DNA of 64,000 nucleotides. It comes from Chitinophagales bacterium (lineage in GTDB: Bacteria > Bacteroidota > Bacteroidia > Chitinophagales > JADIYW01). Below, piece after piece: positions 9,468 through 18,879 of the stretch; the first letter of the stretch is position 1; each line of letters opens with the position of its first letter. The stretch covers positions 7,219-71,218 of the forward strand of contig JBGAWK010000008.1 in NCBI GenBank assembly GCA_044227665.1, in the 5' to 3' direction. Below the pieces are notes generated by a model, which did not search any database, was not told the origin of the DNA, and worked only from the letters and a program-made list of their open reading frames with translations. Position numbers and translations under genes: made by a program.

Positions 9468-10871
9468 ATGCTTCAAGACGATCTTCTTCAACCTTCTACA
9501 TCTAGGGATAAGCTAAGCACTGTTGACGATACAGGTCAACGTAGGTGGTTGCTCGTAGCGAAGCCTAAAGGGTTTTTTTACAGAAGAAGAGAAATTCTTT
9601 CCTTAATATATTTGGCTGTATTTTTTGGGCTTCCCTTTATAAAAGTAGATGGAATGCCTCTGCTGCTGTTCAATGTAGTAGAAGGGAAATTTATCTTGTT
9701 TAGCAAAATATTTTGGCCTAACGATTTTTTCATTTTTGCTTTTGCAATGATTACTTTTATCATATTTATAGTATTATTTACTATAGCGTATGGTAGGCTT
9801 TTTTGTGGATGGGCGTGCCCTCAAACGATTTTCATGGAATTTGTTTTCCGTAAAATAGAGTGGTGGATAGAGGGCACGCCATCACAACAACAGAAACTCA
9901 ATAACGGTCCCTGGACTACAGAGAAGTTTGTAAAAAAATCGTTGAAACACATCCTATTTTTTGCTATATCTTTTTTAATAGCTCACACATTTTTATCGTA
10001 TATCATAGGCGTAGATAAAGTAGTCATGGATATGCGCGAGCCGTTTTCGGAGCATATAGGACTCTTCATGGGATTAGTGATATTTTCATTGTTATTCTAC
10101 TTTGTATTTGCTTTTGTACGAGAAATAGTATGTACTACGATATGTCCTTACGGCAGATTACAGGGTGTAATGTTTGATAAAGATACTATGCAGGTATCTT
10201 ATGATTATGTACGGGGAGAGCCACGAGGCAAAATGTCTAAAAATACTTCTACACAATTTGGAGACTGTATAGACTGTAAAAAGTGTGTGCATGTGTGTCC
10301 TACGGGCATAGATATTCGCAATGGTGTCCAATTGGATTGCATAGGCTGTACCGCATGTATAGATGCTTGCGATGAGGTAATGGAAAAAATACATCGCCCC
10401 AAAGGATTGATACGTTATGCGTCTGAAAATCAAATTTCCGAGTCCAAACATTGGGTGCTTACCCCTCGTATGAAAGCATATACTATCTTACTTTCACTAT
10501 TGTTACTTATCATGGCTGCATTAGTATTTACCCGCAGGACAGTAGATACTTACATCTCTAGAGCCCGAGGGCCTATATATCAGGAATTAGGGGATACGGC
10601 TTACAGCAATCTCTACAACGCCAAAATAATCAATAAGTCCAATAAAAATTTACCTATTAAGTTAGTAGTAGAAAATATGCCGGGCAGGGTGAAGATATTG
10701 GATGATCATGCTATGGTGTTGAAGAATGAAGCTATCAATGAAATTACTTTTTTTGTAGAAGTGCCAAAAAACTCTATTAAAAAAAGAAGTAGTGTGGTGA
10801 AAATTGCAGTATATAGTGGGGATGAAAAAATTCAGAGTGTTAAAACAAAATTCTTAGGACCATTTATGTAA
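9468..10871 (+). CDS. ccoG: cytochrome c oxidase accessory protein CcoG (4Fe-4S ferredoxin, FixG/RdxA)
   Basis: Has CGWACPQT and two ferredoxin motifs (CIDCKKCVHVCP and CIGCTACIDACD), with membrane helices on both sides. Confidence 0.85.
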   Translation: MLQDDLLQPSTSRDKLSTVDDTGQRRWLLVAKPKGFFYRRREILSLIYLAVFFGLPFIKVDGMPLLLFNVVEGKFILFSKIFWPNDFFIFAFAMITFIIFIVLFTIAYGRLFCGWACPQTIFMEFVFRKIEWWIEGTPSQQQKLNNGPWTTEKFVKKSLKHILFFAISFLIAHTFLSYIIGVDKVVMDMREPFSEHIGLFMGLVIFSLLFYFVFAFVREIVCTTICPYGRLQGVMFDKDTMQVSYDYVRGEPRGKMSKNTSTQFGDCIDCKKCVHVCPTGIDIRNGVQLDCIGCTACIDACDEVMEKIHRPKGLIRYASENQISESKHWVLTPRMKAYTILLSLLLLIMAALVFTRRTVDTYISRARGPIYQELGDTAYSNLYNAKIINKSNKNLPIKLVVENMPGRVKILDDHAMVLKNEAINEITFFVEVPKNSIKKRSSVVKIAVYSGDEKIQSVKTKFLGPFM

Positions 10872-11314
10872 TGACTATGCATTGGGGATACAAAATATTA
10901 GTAGTAATTATTCTATTCTTATTGGGAATGGGATATATGGTGTTTACAGCATTACAGCAAAAGAATGAGATGTATGATGAAGATTACTATGCCAAAGAAT
11001 TAAAATATCAGTCCACAATAGACGCAGCGCAAAGCCTAAATACAATTTTTTCTGGAGACCTGCTGAAAGATAGTGCCAACACACTCCTATTACAACTTCC
11101 TGTGGGGACATACGAAAATTTCAAAGAAGGCAACATACAGATGCTGAGAGCTGATGATAAAAGTAAGGATATACAATTAAGCATAGAAGTAGATACTTTT
11201 GGCATACAGTCCTTTGGTAATAAAGAATTCTCTAAAGGATACTATAATGCCAGAATCTCTTGGGTAAACGATACCGCTACATTCTATAGAGAACAAAGTA
11301 TAATTATAGAATAA
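10871..11314 (+). CDS. FixH family protein (CcoH-like)
   Basis: 147 aa with one N-terminal TM helix. Its start shares 1 nt with the ccoG stop, and it sits in the conserved position after ccoG. Confidence 0.6.
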   Translation: MTMHWGYKILVVIILFLLGMGYMVFTALQQKNEMYDEDYYAKELKYQSTIDAAQSLNTIFSGDLLKDSANTLLLQLPVGTYENFKEGNIQMLRADDKSKDIQLSIEVDTFGIQSFGNKEFSKGYYNARISWVNDTATFYREQSIIIE

Positions 11315-12040
11315 ATGCCTTTGCCATTAATAGCCATATTAGGAGGGCTAAGTGTAGGAATCTTAGGGTCTTTACACTGTGTAGGCATGTGCGGACCTAT
11401 AGCCTTGGCGATACCCTTGCATGGATATGTCGGCATCCAAAGGTATATTACTATTTTTGCCTATAATATAGGGAGGGCAGTAACCTATGCCATTTTAGGT
11501 GCTATGATGGGTATGATAGGAGCGTCTATGAGCTTTTTTGGGTGGCAACAGAAAATATCTGTCATCAGCGGCATAATTATATTGTTATTACTGATAAAAA
11601 GTCAGTGGTCGAATTATTCTATCCCCATTTTAGATACTTTTTTTTCTAAGGTAAAACTGTATATGCAAAGATTTCTGAATCCCAATATGGGATGGGGTGG
11701 TCGCTTTGCATTAGGGATGCTCAATGGGTTGCTGCCATGTGGATTGGTATATATTGCCTTGGCATCTGCACTAGCAATGACATCTGTTCCTCAAAGTAGT
11801 ATATATATGTTTTTTTTTGGAGTAGGTACTATCCCTGCCATGTTTAGTATTTCATTTTTTCAAAAACCAGTGTTGGCATTTTTAAGGGGCAATGGAAAAT
11901 ATATAGTTAATATATTTGTAATGGTTATGGCAGTAATGCTGATACTCCGAGGTCTGGGATTAGGTATTCCCTACCTTAGCCCCAAGCTGGATGTATCACA
12001 AGAGAATACCACAGTAGATTGCTGTCATAAGAAAAAATAG
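11315..12040 (+). CDS. TauE/SafE- or DsbD_2-like membrane protein associated with the cbb3 cluster
   Basis: 241-aa polytopic membrane protein with an HCVGMCGPI motif. It abuts the FixH gene with no gap. Confidence 0.55.
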   Translation: MPLPLIAILGGLSVGILGSLHCVGMCGPIALAIPLHGYVGIQRYITIFAYNIGRAVTYAILGAMMGMIGASMSFFGWQQKISVISGIIILLLLIKSQWSNYSIPILDTFFSKVKLYMQRFLNPNMGWGGRFALGMLNGLLPCGLVYIALASALAMTSVPQSSIYMFFFGVGTIPAMFSISFFQKPVLAFLRGNGKYIVNIFVMVMAVMLILRGLGLGIPYLSPKLDVSQENTTVDCCHKKK

Positions 12041-12042
12041 TG

Positions 12043-13233
12043 TTATAAGCAGCTATATACTGCATCTTTCAGGGCTTCATCTCTGGGGTCTCTAGCTACA
12101 TACGCATTCATGCGATTCATTACATACGCTATGCCTAGCTTATGGTCAGGATCGGCATATACCGCCGAACCACCGGCACCGAAGCTGCATATACCTCTGT
12201 TGCTTTTTCCGAAATTTCTATAATCACAGGACTTTGCAAAGCCCAAATGGAAGGGTACATCTACATGTATCGCAATATCTTTGGTAGAAAGTCTTGGCAA
12301 TTCCGCAGGTTCTTCCAATAAATCTATAGTTTTTTGCTGAAATGCTAGTTTTTGTCCGCCGCAGGCAATCTCACCGTATAACTTTGCCAAGCTTAATGCC
12401 GAACTATATCCGTTACCTGCTCCCAACGGTACTGTCCTAAACGAAGGCTCATTGAGAGAACGTATATTGGTAGCAAAGGGTAAGTTTATCAAAGACCTTC
12501 CAAACAAAAAACCATGTTTTAGCATATCTCGCATAGGCAATAATGGCAGAAAAGAAGCAGCACCCTCTACGAGTGAGCTGAAATCCAAGGGTATTAATTC
12601 CGCGACTTTTGCTGATGTATAATACCTAGGCAAGCCTATGTGGATGTCTAAATCCAGAGGGGCGGCAATTTCTTCTTCAAAAAACTGATGGATATGTCTC
12701 CCTTTGGGATCTACTCTATACAGAATTTCATTTTGGTACATGGCTATAGTCCAAGCATGATATCCCTGATAGTCTCCCGGGTTCCACAGGGGTTTCTGTC
12801 TCGCCAGTATTTCGGATAGCCGCTTTTCATCTTTGAGTAAGGTTTTAGTGATAAAAGTGTCTGTAGCACATAGTCCTGCTTGGTGAGAGAGCAGCTGGCG
12901 TACGGTTATTCTTTCTTTGCCATTCTGTGCAAATTCTTTCCAGTATTGTGCTACTGGCGCATCTACGTCTATCCATCCATAGTCTATAGCTTTTAGGAAT
13001 GCCAAAGAAGAGAGCCCTTTGGTGGTAGAAAATAATATACATACGGTGTTTTCCTCCCACCTGGAAGAATGGGAGGAATCGCAGTAGCCGCCCCATAGGC
13101 TTACGACCGTCTTATTATCTCTTACGACGGCACAGGCAGCACCCACTTCTCTACGTTTACTGAAATTTTCTAGGAATACCTCCTTTACCTTCTCAAAACC
13201 CGGCTGCACATAGCCGTATATTTCAGGCTTCAT
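12043..13233 (-). CDS. serine hydrolase, beta-lactamase/esterase family
   Basis: 396 aa with an S-x-x-K active-site motif (FSTTKG) in the expected N-terminal position and LLSHQAGL downstream. Confidence 0.8.
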   Translation of the reverse strand: MKPEIYGYVQPGFEKVKEVFLENFSKRREVGAACAVVRDNKTVVSLWGGYCDSSHSSRWEENTVCILFSTTKGLSSLAFLKAIDYGWIDVDAPVAQYWKEFAQNGKERITVRQLLSHQAGLCATDTFITKTLLKDEKRLSEILARQKPLWNPGDYQGYHAWTIAMYQNEILYRVDPKGRHIHQFFEEEIAAPLDLDIHIGLPRYYTSAKVAELIPLDFSSLVEGAASFLPLLPMRDMLKHGFLFGRSLINLPFATNIRSLNEPSFRTVPLGAGNGYSSALSLAKLYGEIACGGQKLAFQQKTIDLLEEPAELPRLSTKDIAIHVDVPFHLGFAKSCDYRNFGKSNRGICSFGAGGSAVYADPDHKLGIAYVMNRMNAYVARDPRDEALKDAVYSCL

Positions 13234-14172
13234 TTATTTTATAGATTTGTAGTAGGTAAATATATCTTCTAGGGATTTCTGAGGGGTAAAATCAAAAGTT
13301 TTGGCAAATAAACTCCCGTCAATGATTACAGGAAATTTATAATAATTGAGAAGATATGGGGGGAAAATAGCCGATTTTACTAATCCTGCTATACGAAATG
13401 TAAGTGCTGGGGGGATAGATGGTACTGGAATTGGCGTACTTCCTGATTGCTTGATGGCATCCTGAAAAGATATATAGTCATCAGGAGCTACATTATATAA
13501 TCCGGGTATATTTTTTTCAAAAGCATTACATATTGCATCACGCATATCATCTATATGTATGTATTGCATTAGTGGAGAAAAACCTAGTACTACAGGAGAA
13601 AACTTGGAAGCCAGCAGCTTACTAAAAGTATTGCGAACGCCAGGACCTGCAATATTGCAGGGTCTAAGGATGGTAATATTTAGCTCTGGATATTTGTACA
13701 TATAGATATTTGCTAAGTTGTCCAACTCTACAGTATCTACTAAGTCCATGGTAAGCTCTGATGCTTTAATGGGTGTTTTCTCGTCCAATAGCGACGGATT
13801 GTAAGGGCTTGCACCATATACGAAATAGGTGGACAGTACCAATGTTTTGGGTACATTATATTTTTTACAAAGGTCAAAGAGTTTGCGTGTGCCTATGACA
13901 TTAGCATTGAAGCGTGTAAAGCGATTCAGCTCACTGGCACCGATACGACCTAAGTGTATTAATCCTTCAAATTCATGCTCCCTGAAAATATCCTCAAAAA
14001 TCCTTTTGTTAAAATCTACTTTATAACTCTCCACAGGGATACCTAGATCTACTTTATTTCGAAAATCTACAGCGATTATTTTATAATTTTTTTTGAGCTT
14101 TTCAATAACTTTTTTTGCAAGAGCGCCGCCGGCACCTGTTATTAATAATTTCTTTTGCGCAGTTCTAGCCAT
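13234..14172 (-). CDS. NAD-dependent epimerase/dehydratase (extended SDR)
   Basis: N-terminal Rossmann motif ITGAGGALA. 312 aa. No gap to the downstream hydrolase gene. Confidence 0.8.
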   Translation of the reverse strand: MARTAQKKLLITGAGGALAKKVIEKLKKNYKIIAVDFRNKVDLGIPVESYKVDFNKRIFEDIFREHEFEGLIHLGRIGASELNRFTRFNANVIGTRKLFDLCKKYNVPKTLVLSTYFVYGASPYNPSLLDEKTPIKASELTMDLVDTVELDNLANIYMYKYPELNITILRPCNIAGPGVRNTFSKLLASKFSPVVLGFSPLMQYIHIDDMRDAICNAFEKNIPGLYNVAPDDYISFQDAIKQSGSTPIPVPSIPPALTFRIAGLVKSAIFPPYLLNYYKFPVIIDGSLFAKTFDFTPQKSLEDIFTYYKSIK

Positions 14173-14175
14173 ATC

Positions 14176-14970
14176 TTAAAAAATTGAAGTTCTTTTTGCC
14201 AGTCCCAAGTCTATAAGACTTCGGATTTCGGATTTTACGGTATTTACACGGTCGGTAACTTTATATTCCAGATGTGTGTCGTTTTCAAAGTATAGGGGTT
14301 TCCCAAAATGCAAGAATACTTTGGAAGGAAAGATAAAAGGGATGACTAGAGGAGCATAAGGAATACCCATCATTTTTGCCAGAGACTTCATGTCTGTGAG
14401 GGAGATGATAGTTTCTTCACATCCTACTACGCCTACAGGGATTATCGGCGCATTTTGTTTCATGGCTAGATGCATAAAGCCATTGCCAAATCGCTCTAGT
14501 TGGTATCTATTTTTGAAGACTTTGCCAGCACCTCTAGCACCTTCTGGGAATACGATTACCGCTTCCTCCATGTCTAGCATACGCTCGCAGTTGGTGGTGT
14601 CGCCGATTACAGCACCCATGCTGTTTAGCCAGTTGCCTACAAAGGGTACCGATGGCAAGAATTTTTCTATCATTGCTTTTGGGGCTCTGGGACCCAGCGT
14701 ATTGGTAAGCATAGCATAAGCTACTAGCATACCGTCCAAGGGCAATTGACCACTATGGTTAGGGATTATTAAACACCGACCGTCTTTGGGAATATTTTCC
14801 AGTCCATACGCTTCTACCCTAAAGTATTGTTCATAAATCGTCTTCACGAAAGATAGGGTATTCTTCAGTTGGTTTTTATTAAAACCCCAAGGGTCATAGC
14901 CGAAGCTGCCTACCTTATTAGGGAAAAGCTCTATTAGTTCATCTACATTATTGCGTATATTATCACTCAT
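14176..14970 (-). CDS. lysophospholipid / 1-acyl-sn-glycerol-3-phosphate acyltransferase family protein
   Basis: Has the HX4D acyltransferase motif (NHSGQLPLDG) and VFPEGARG (block III). Confidence 0.8.
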   Translation of the reverse strand: MSDNIRNNVDELIELFPNKVGSFGYDPWGFNKNQLKNTLSFVKTIYEQYFRVEAYGLENIPKDGRCLIIPNHSGQLPLDGMLVAYAMLTNTLGPRAPKAMIEKFLPSVPFVGNWLNSMGAVIGDTTNCERMLDMEEAVIVFPEGARGAGKVFKNRYQLERFGNGFMHLAMKQNAPIIPVGVVGCEETIISLTDMKSLAKMMGIPYAPLVIPFIFPSKVFLHFGKPLYFENDTHLEYKVTDRVNTVKSEIRSLIDLGLAKRTSIF

Positions 14971-15027
14971 ATTTATTTATGGAAATAAAAATACTTAATT
15001 TTTAAAAAATAGGAGGTAATAAATATT

Positions 15028-16329
15028 TTAAGTCTTAGCCTGATAAATTTCAAGGATTTCATTGACGATATAGAAGCTGCCCGTAATTAGGATGATATCT
15101 TTGTCGGTAGCTGTGGATAATGCATATCGCAAGGCAGATGAAGGACATGGAAATGTCTTATAAGAATAGCAGGAAGGGCTGAAATACGATGACAGCGTAT
15201 CTATATCCATCTTTCGTGGCGTATTGGGCTGGGTAAGTATATATTCAGCCTCTAATGGCAAAATTGGAAGTATTGCCTTAATATCTTTATCTCTAAGTGT
15301 GCCGTAAATTATCCATAGAGATTGATAAGTATAGTTCTTGATATTTTCAAAAACGCTTTTCAGTCCATCTTCATTATGCGCTACATCTACAATGAGCAAG
15401 GGTTTTTCTTGTAATATCTGCCATCGTCCCGATAATCCTGTGAGAGCATGGACTTCTTCAATACCCGTCTTTATGGCGTGAAAAGTAATGGGTAATATGT
15501 CCGATTTATTCCATATTTCTATGGTCGCTAATACCGTCTTTATATTTTCATATTGATAATCGGAATAAAAATTATTTTTTATATATATATTGTAATCAAT
15601 TAAATATATTAAATATTTATACTTATTATTTAATATAAAATTATTATCATCATATACTTCCTGTGCAAAGTATAGCGGTGCATTTTTGAGGTTTGCCGTA
15701 TCTATAAAAATTGCATCAGTTTCAGGTTCTTTTCTCCCTATCACCACAGGTGTATTTTCTTTAATTATTCCGGCTTTCTCCGTAGCAATAGTGGCAAGGG
15801 TATCTCCTAGCATATCCTTATGGTCAAAACTGATATTGGTAATCACACTCAACTGTGGTCTGATAATATTGGTAGAATCGAGTCTTCCTCCCAGTCCAGT
15901 TTCTATTATGGCTATATCTACATTTTTTTTTGCAAAATAATCGAATGCCATGGCTACTGTAATCTCGAAAAAAGAGGGTTGTATTTTTTCGATAATAGCT
16001 TTATGATTTCTTACGAAGGAGGTGACATAATTCTTTGATGCCATCTTGCCGTTGTGGCGAATCCTTTCCCTGAAATCTATAAGATGAGGTGATGTGTATA
16101 GTCCGGTATTATAGCCCTGCGCTTGAAATATAGCAGCAAGCATGTGAGAGGTAGAGCCTTTGCCATTAGTGCCGGCGATGTGAATACTTCTGAATTTTTG
16201 ATGAGGGTTGCCTAGGTAGGCACATAGTAATTCTATATTATGCAAACCCTTTTTTATAGCATTTTTACCATGTTTTGAAAACATAGGCAATTGCTCATAG
16301 AGATATTCTATTGTTTTATTATAATTCAT
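15028..16329 (-). CDS. folC: bifunctional folylpolyglutamate synthase / dihydrofolate synthase
   Basis: Mur-ligase P-loop HIAGTNGKGST, ETGLGGRLDSTN and FDH.DMLG motifs. Confidence 0.85.
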   Translation of the reverse strand: MNYNKTIEYLYEQLPMFSKHGKNAIKKGLHNIELLCAYLGNPHQKFRSIHIAGTNGKGSTSHMLAAIFQAQGYNTGLYTSPHLIDFRERIRHNGKMASKNYVTSFVRNHKAIIEKIQPSFFEITVAMAFDYFAKKNVDIAIIETGLGGRLDSTNIIRPQLSVITNISFDHKDMLGDTLATIATEKAGIIKENTPVVIGRKEPETDAIFIDTANLKNAPLYFAQEVYDDNNFILNNKYKYLIYLIDYNIYIKNNFYSDYQYENIKTVLATIEIWNKSDILPITFHAIKTGIEEVHALTGLSGRWQILQEKPLLIVDVAHNEDGLKSVFENIKNYTYQSLWIIYGTLRDKDIKAILPILPLEAEYILTQPNTPRKMDIDTLSSYFSPSCYSYKTFPCPSSALRYALSTATDKDIILITGSFYIVNEILEIYQAKT

Positions 16330-16368
16330 TGAATTATAAATTAGTATAAAATATTTTAAGCTATAAAG

Positions 16369-17226
16369 TTAAATCTTACTTAATATATTTTGTATCATTT
16401 TATCTACTGCGGCGAGTGGGTCTTTGCTGAAAGTGCCTCTACTTCTATTCGCAATTATGGCATTGATAGATAATGCTCTATGCCCTAGCATCTCTGACAG
16501 CCCATATATTGCAGAAGTTTCCATTTCCATGTTGGTAATTCTATGTTCTCCCATACGGATATTGCAGAGCATATCTATATAATTTTTATTTTTTACTGCG
16601 GCACGAACCATTCTACCTTGAGGTCCGTAAAATCCCGTATTAGTAATCGTCACACCTTTATCCAAATCATAAGCGTATTTGTTCAGCAAATCTTCATTGC
16701 AGGAAGTGATAAAGGGGGTAATGCCAAAATCTTTGATAGCTGGATATAGTAAGTCATTCCAGTCGGTAAACTTAGAATTATAATCATAATAACCCAAAAG
16801 CCCGTCAAGACCAATACCGTATGCTGATGCGATATATGTATCTACTTCCATATCAGCTTGTATGCCACCACTAGTACCCAAGCGTATGACATCTATAGAG
16901 CTAATAGTATCTTTTACAGTTCTAGTTTCAAAGTCTATGTTGACTAAGGCATCAAGCTCATTCAATACAATATCTATATTATCGGTACCTATGCCCGTAG
17001 ATAAGCAAGTAATACGCTTGTTGCCAATATATCCTGTTTCGGAGAGAAACTCTCTATGTTGTTTTTTTACTTCTATACTATCAAAGTATTTTGAGACCTG
17101 CGATACCCTATCAGGATCTCCTACTACAAATACTAATGATGCCAACTCCTCCGGACGTAGGGCTAAGTGATATATACTGCCATCAGGGCTGATGATGAGT
17201 TCAGATTCGGGAATTCTATTTTTCAT
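16369..17226 (-). CDS. nucleoside phosphorylase (PNP/UDP family)
   Basis: 285 aa with VGDPDRV, TGIGTDNIDIV and EMETSAIYG motifs typical of phosphorylase family 1. Confidence 0.75.
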   Translation of the reverse strand: MKNRIPESELIISPDGSIYHLALRPEELASLVFVVGDPDRVSQVSKYFDSIEVKKQHREFLSETGYIGNKRITCLSTGIGTDNIDIVLNELDALVNIDFETRTVKDTISSIDVIRLGTSGGIQADMEVDTYIASAYGIGLDGLLGYYDYNSKFTDWNDLLYPAIKDFGITPFITSCNEDLLNKYAYDLDKGVTITNTGFYGPQGRMVRAAVKNKNYIDMLCNIRMGEHRITNMEMETSAIYGLSEMLGHRALSINAIIANRSRGTFSKDPLAAVDKMIQNILSKI

Positions 17227-17536
17227 ATCTATATAGACTATTATATTTCATGGCGAATATCCGAAATTTATATATGGTATTGATAATTAATTTGGGATAT
17301 ATACCATACAGCAGATAAAAGAAAGTTACTGAATTGTATAAATAGGCTCGGATCTTTTTAATTTGATTATGGAAAATCTTGAATATTTTTTTAGCAATGA
17401 ACATTCTATTGTTACGCAAAACTAAAACAACCCCATCGTTTTTAGATGCCGAATACGCTAGGGACTATCTACCTAGCTTAGGAATAAAAAGTGTATAACT
17501 AGCTTTTCTTGAAGGATATAATTAGCCAAAAATAAT

Positions 17537-17565
17537 AGTGGGTTAACTCATAGAATTAACCCACT
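17537..17565 (-). terminator. second hairpin plus T-run downstream of rpsP (orphan terminator or sRNA 3' end)
   Basis: A 10-bp stem (agtgggttaa / ttaacccact) with a 9-nt loop. On the minus strand it is followed by attatttttgg. Confidence 0.45.
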
Positions 17566-17627
17566 AACTGACATTTCTATAGAACCGCTATAGTATCCCT
17601 ACTATTTTCGTTGTATAGATAAAATCA

Positions 17628-17673
17628 AAGCCTAATAGACAAAATACGTAGCAGCATTTTGTCTATTAGGCTT
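17628..17673 (-). terminator. rho-independent terminator of rpsP
   Basis: Perfect 18-bp stem (aagcctaatagacaaaat / attttgtctattaggctt) with a 10-nt loop, starting 22 nt after the rpsP stop. A T-rich tract follows on the minus strand. Confidence 0.75.
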
Positions 17674-17694
17674 CTTTGACGTTGAAAATATTAT

Positions 17695-18240
17695 TTATTC
17701 TTGTGTTTCTGTAGCTTCGGATGTAATCTCACTTGCTTCCGCAGTGGACTCAGCATTTTCTGTGACGTCCTCTTGCTCTTCCGTCTCTTCCGTAACTATA
17801 GCTTTTTGCAACCTTGCTGCTGCTTTTGCTGCACCAGAGCCTATGATAGCTTTGTGTTTAGCCTCTTTTTCAGCTTTAGCTTTCTCTTGGTGATCCAATA
17901 CTTTGCCTTGGTGAGACTGTACCCATTCAGCAAATTTTGCTTCTGCCGCTTCCAGGTCAAAAGAACCTTTGGCAACACCTCTTAGTAAATGTTTTTTGTA
18001 CAACACCCCTTTGTAACGCAAGATTGCGTTAGCTGTATTGGTAGGTTCTGCTCCGTCCTGAAGCCACTTAACGGCTTTGTCCACATCCAAGGATATCTGT
18101 GCAGGCACAGTAGTAGGATTGTAGTTGCCAATGAGCTCGATAAATTTACCGTCTCTTCTCGCACGGCTGTCTGCCACTACGATTCGGTAGAAAGGCTTAC
18201 CTTTCTTACCCATTCTTTGAAGTCTGATTCTTACTGCCAT
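17695..18240 (-). CDS. rpsP: 30S ribosomal protein S16 with A/E/K-rich C-terminal extension
   Basis: [35 protein letters not shown] is the canonical bS16 N-terminus. Confidence 0.92.
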   Translation of the reverse strand: MAVRIRLQRMGKKGKPFYRIVVADSRARRDGKFIELIGNYNPTTVPAQISLDVDKAVKWLQDGAEPTNTANAILRYKGVLYKKHLLRGVAKGSFDLEAAEAKFAEWVQSHQGKVLDHQEKAKAEKEAKHKAIIGSGAAKAAARLQKAIVTEETEEQEDVTENAESTAEASEITSEATETQE

Positions 18241-18309
18241 AATTAATATGTTTTTTAGTTTTAATGCCGTAGTGGCTATGAATAGCTATTACGGGTGTAA
18301 AACGAGGCG

Positions 18310-18317
18310 CAAAGATA
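18310..18317 (-). promoter_or_regulatory. candidate -7 promoter box for rpsP
   Basis: The minus strand reads TATCTTTG (TAnnTTTG), about 70 nt upstream of the rpsP ATG. Confidence 0.4.
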
Positions 18318-18522
18318 GTAAGTTTTGCGAAAAATCACAATGTTTTTTTTGACATTACATAGTATAATCATGAATTATAGCTTGTGTTCTTACGATTAAA
18401 TTAATATTTCTATGTATTAAATATAGTAAAACAGCCAATTCTCCCACTTAGCATAGGACGATAACGAGACTTTAAAACTTGATTTTAATAATATCATACG
18501 ACTGAAAAATGTAACGAATTAG

Positions 18523-18756
18523 ATAGCAGAAAAAGAAGCAAAAGCTCGAATTACAATCAATAAATTCCTTCAAGAGTAAGGGGAGGCTGCTTTGATACAG
18601 ACAAAGGTATAGCAACCATATAAATTACAATCCTACACCAAAATGGACGATTTAGGTAAGGATTTTGAATATTCAATAAACCGTTTCATTGACTGTTATT
18701 GCGTAAGTTTAAGAAAAATGGTACTGAAACTATTCCGTGTGACTCTGGATAATTAA
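18523..18756 (+). pseudogene. relic of the N-terminus of a restriction nuclease/helicase-type gene (HsdR / Res-like)
   Basis: Reads IAEKEAKARITINKFLQE*, then VRGGCFDTDKGIATI in a shifted frame, then QPYKLQSYTKMDDLGKDFEYSINRFIDCYCVSL... This resembles the EA.TR..I..L...GW...D pattern at the start of type I / type III R subunits, judged from memory only. It is broken by stops and frameshifts, and no downstream body remains. Confidence 0.3.
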
Positions 18757-18879
18757 GGCTCAATTTCCACCATTCCATACAAAAAGATATTGACGCTCAT
18801 AGCGCATCTCATCATAACCTATAAATAAGCGAAATCATTTTCTAAAATTTTTCATAATATTTGTAAGTATTTTTACTAA

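Noticed and set aside
15540-15660. A tract of about 110 nt of almost pure A/T inside folC, encoding NNFILNNKYKYLIYLIDYNIYIKNNFYSDYQ. This could be an insertion or a hidden element.
   Set aside because: The reading frame is uninterrupted. The segment occupies the normally variable linker region before the G.HQ.EN-like motif (here YQYEN), with roughly normal overall protein length. It is most simply AT-biased drift.
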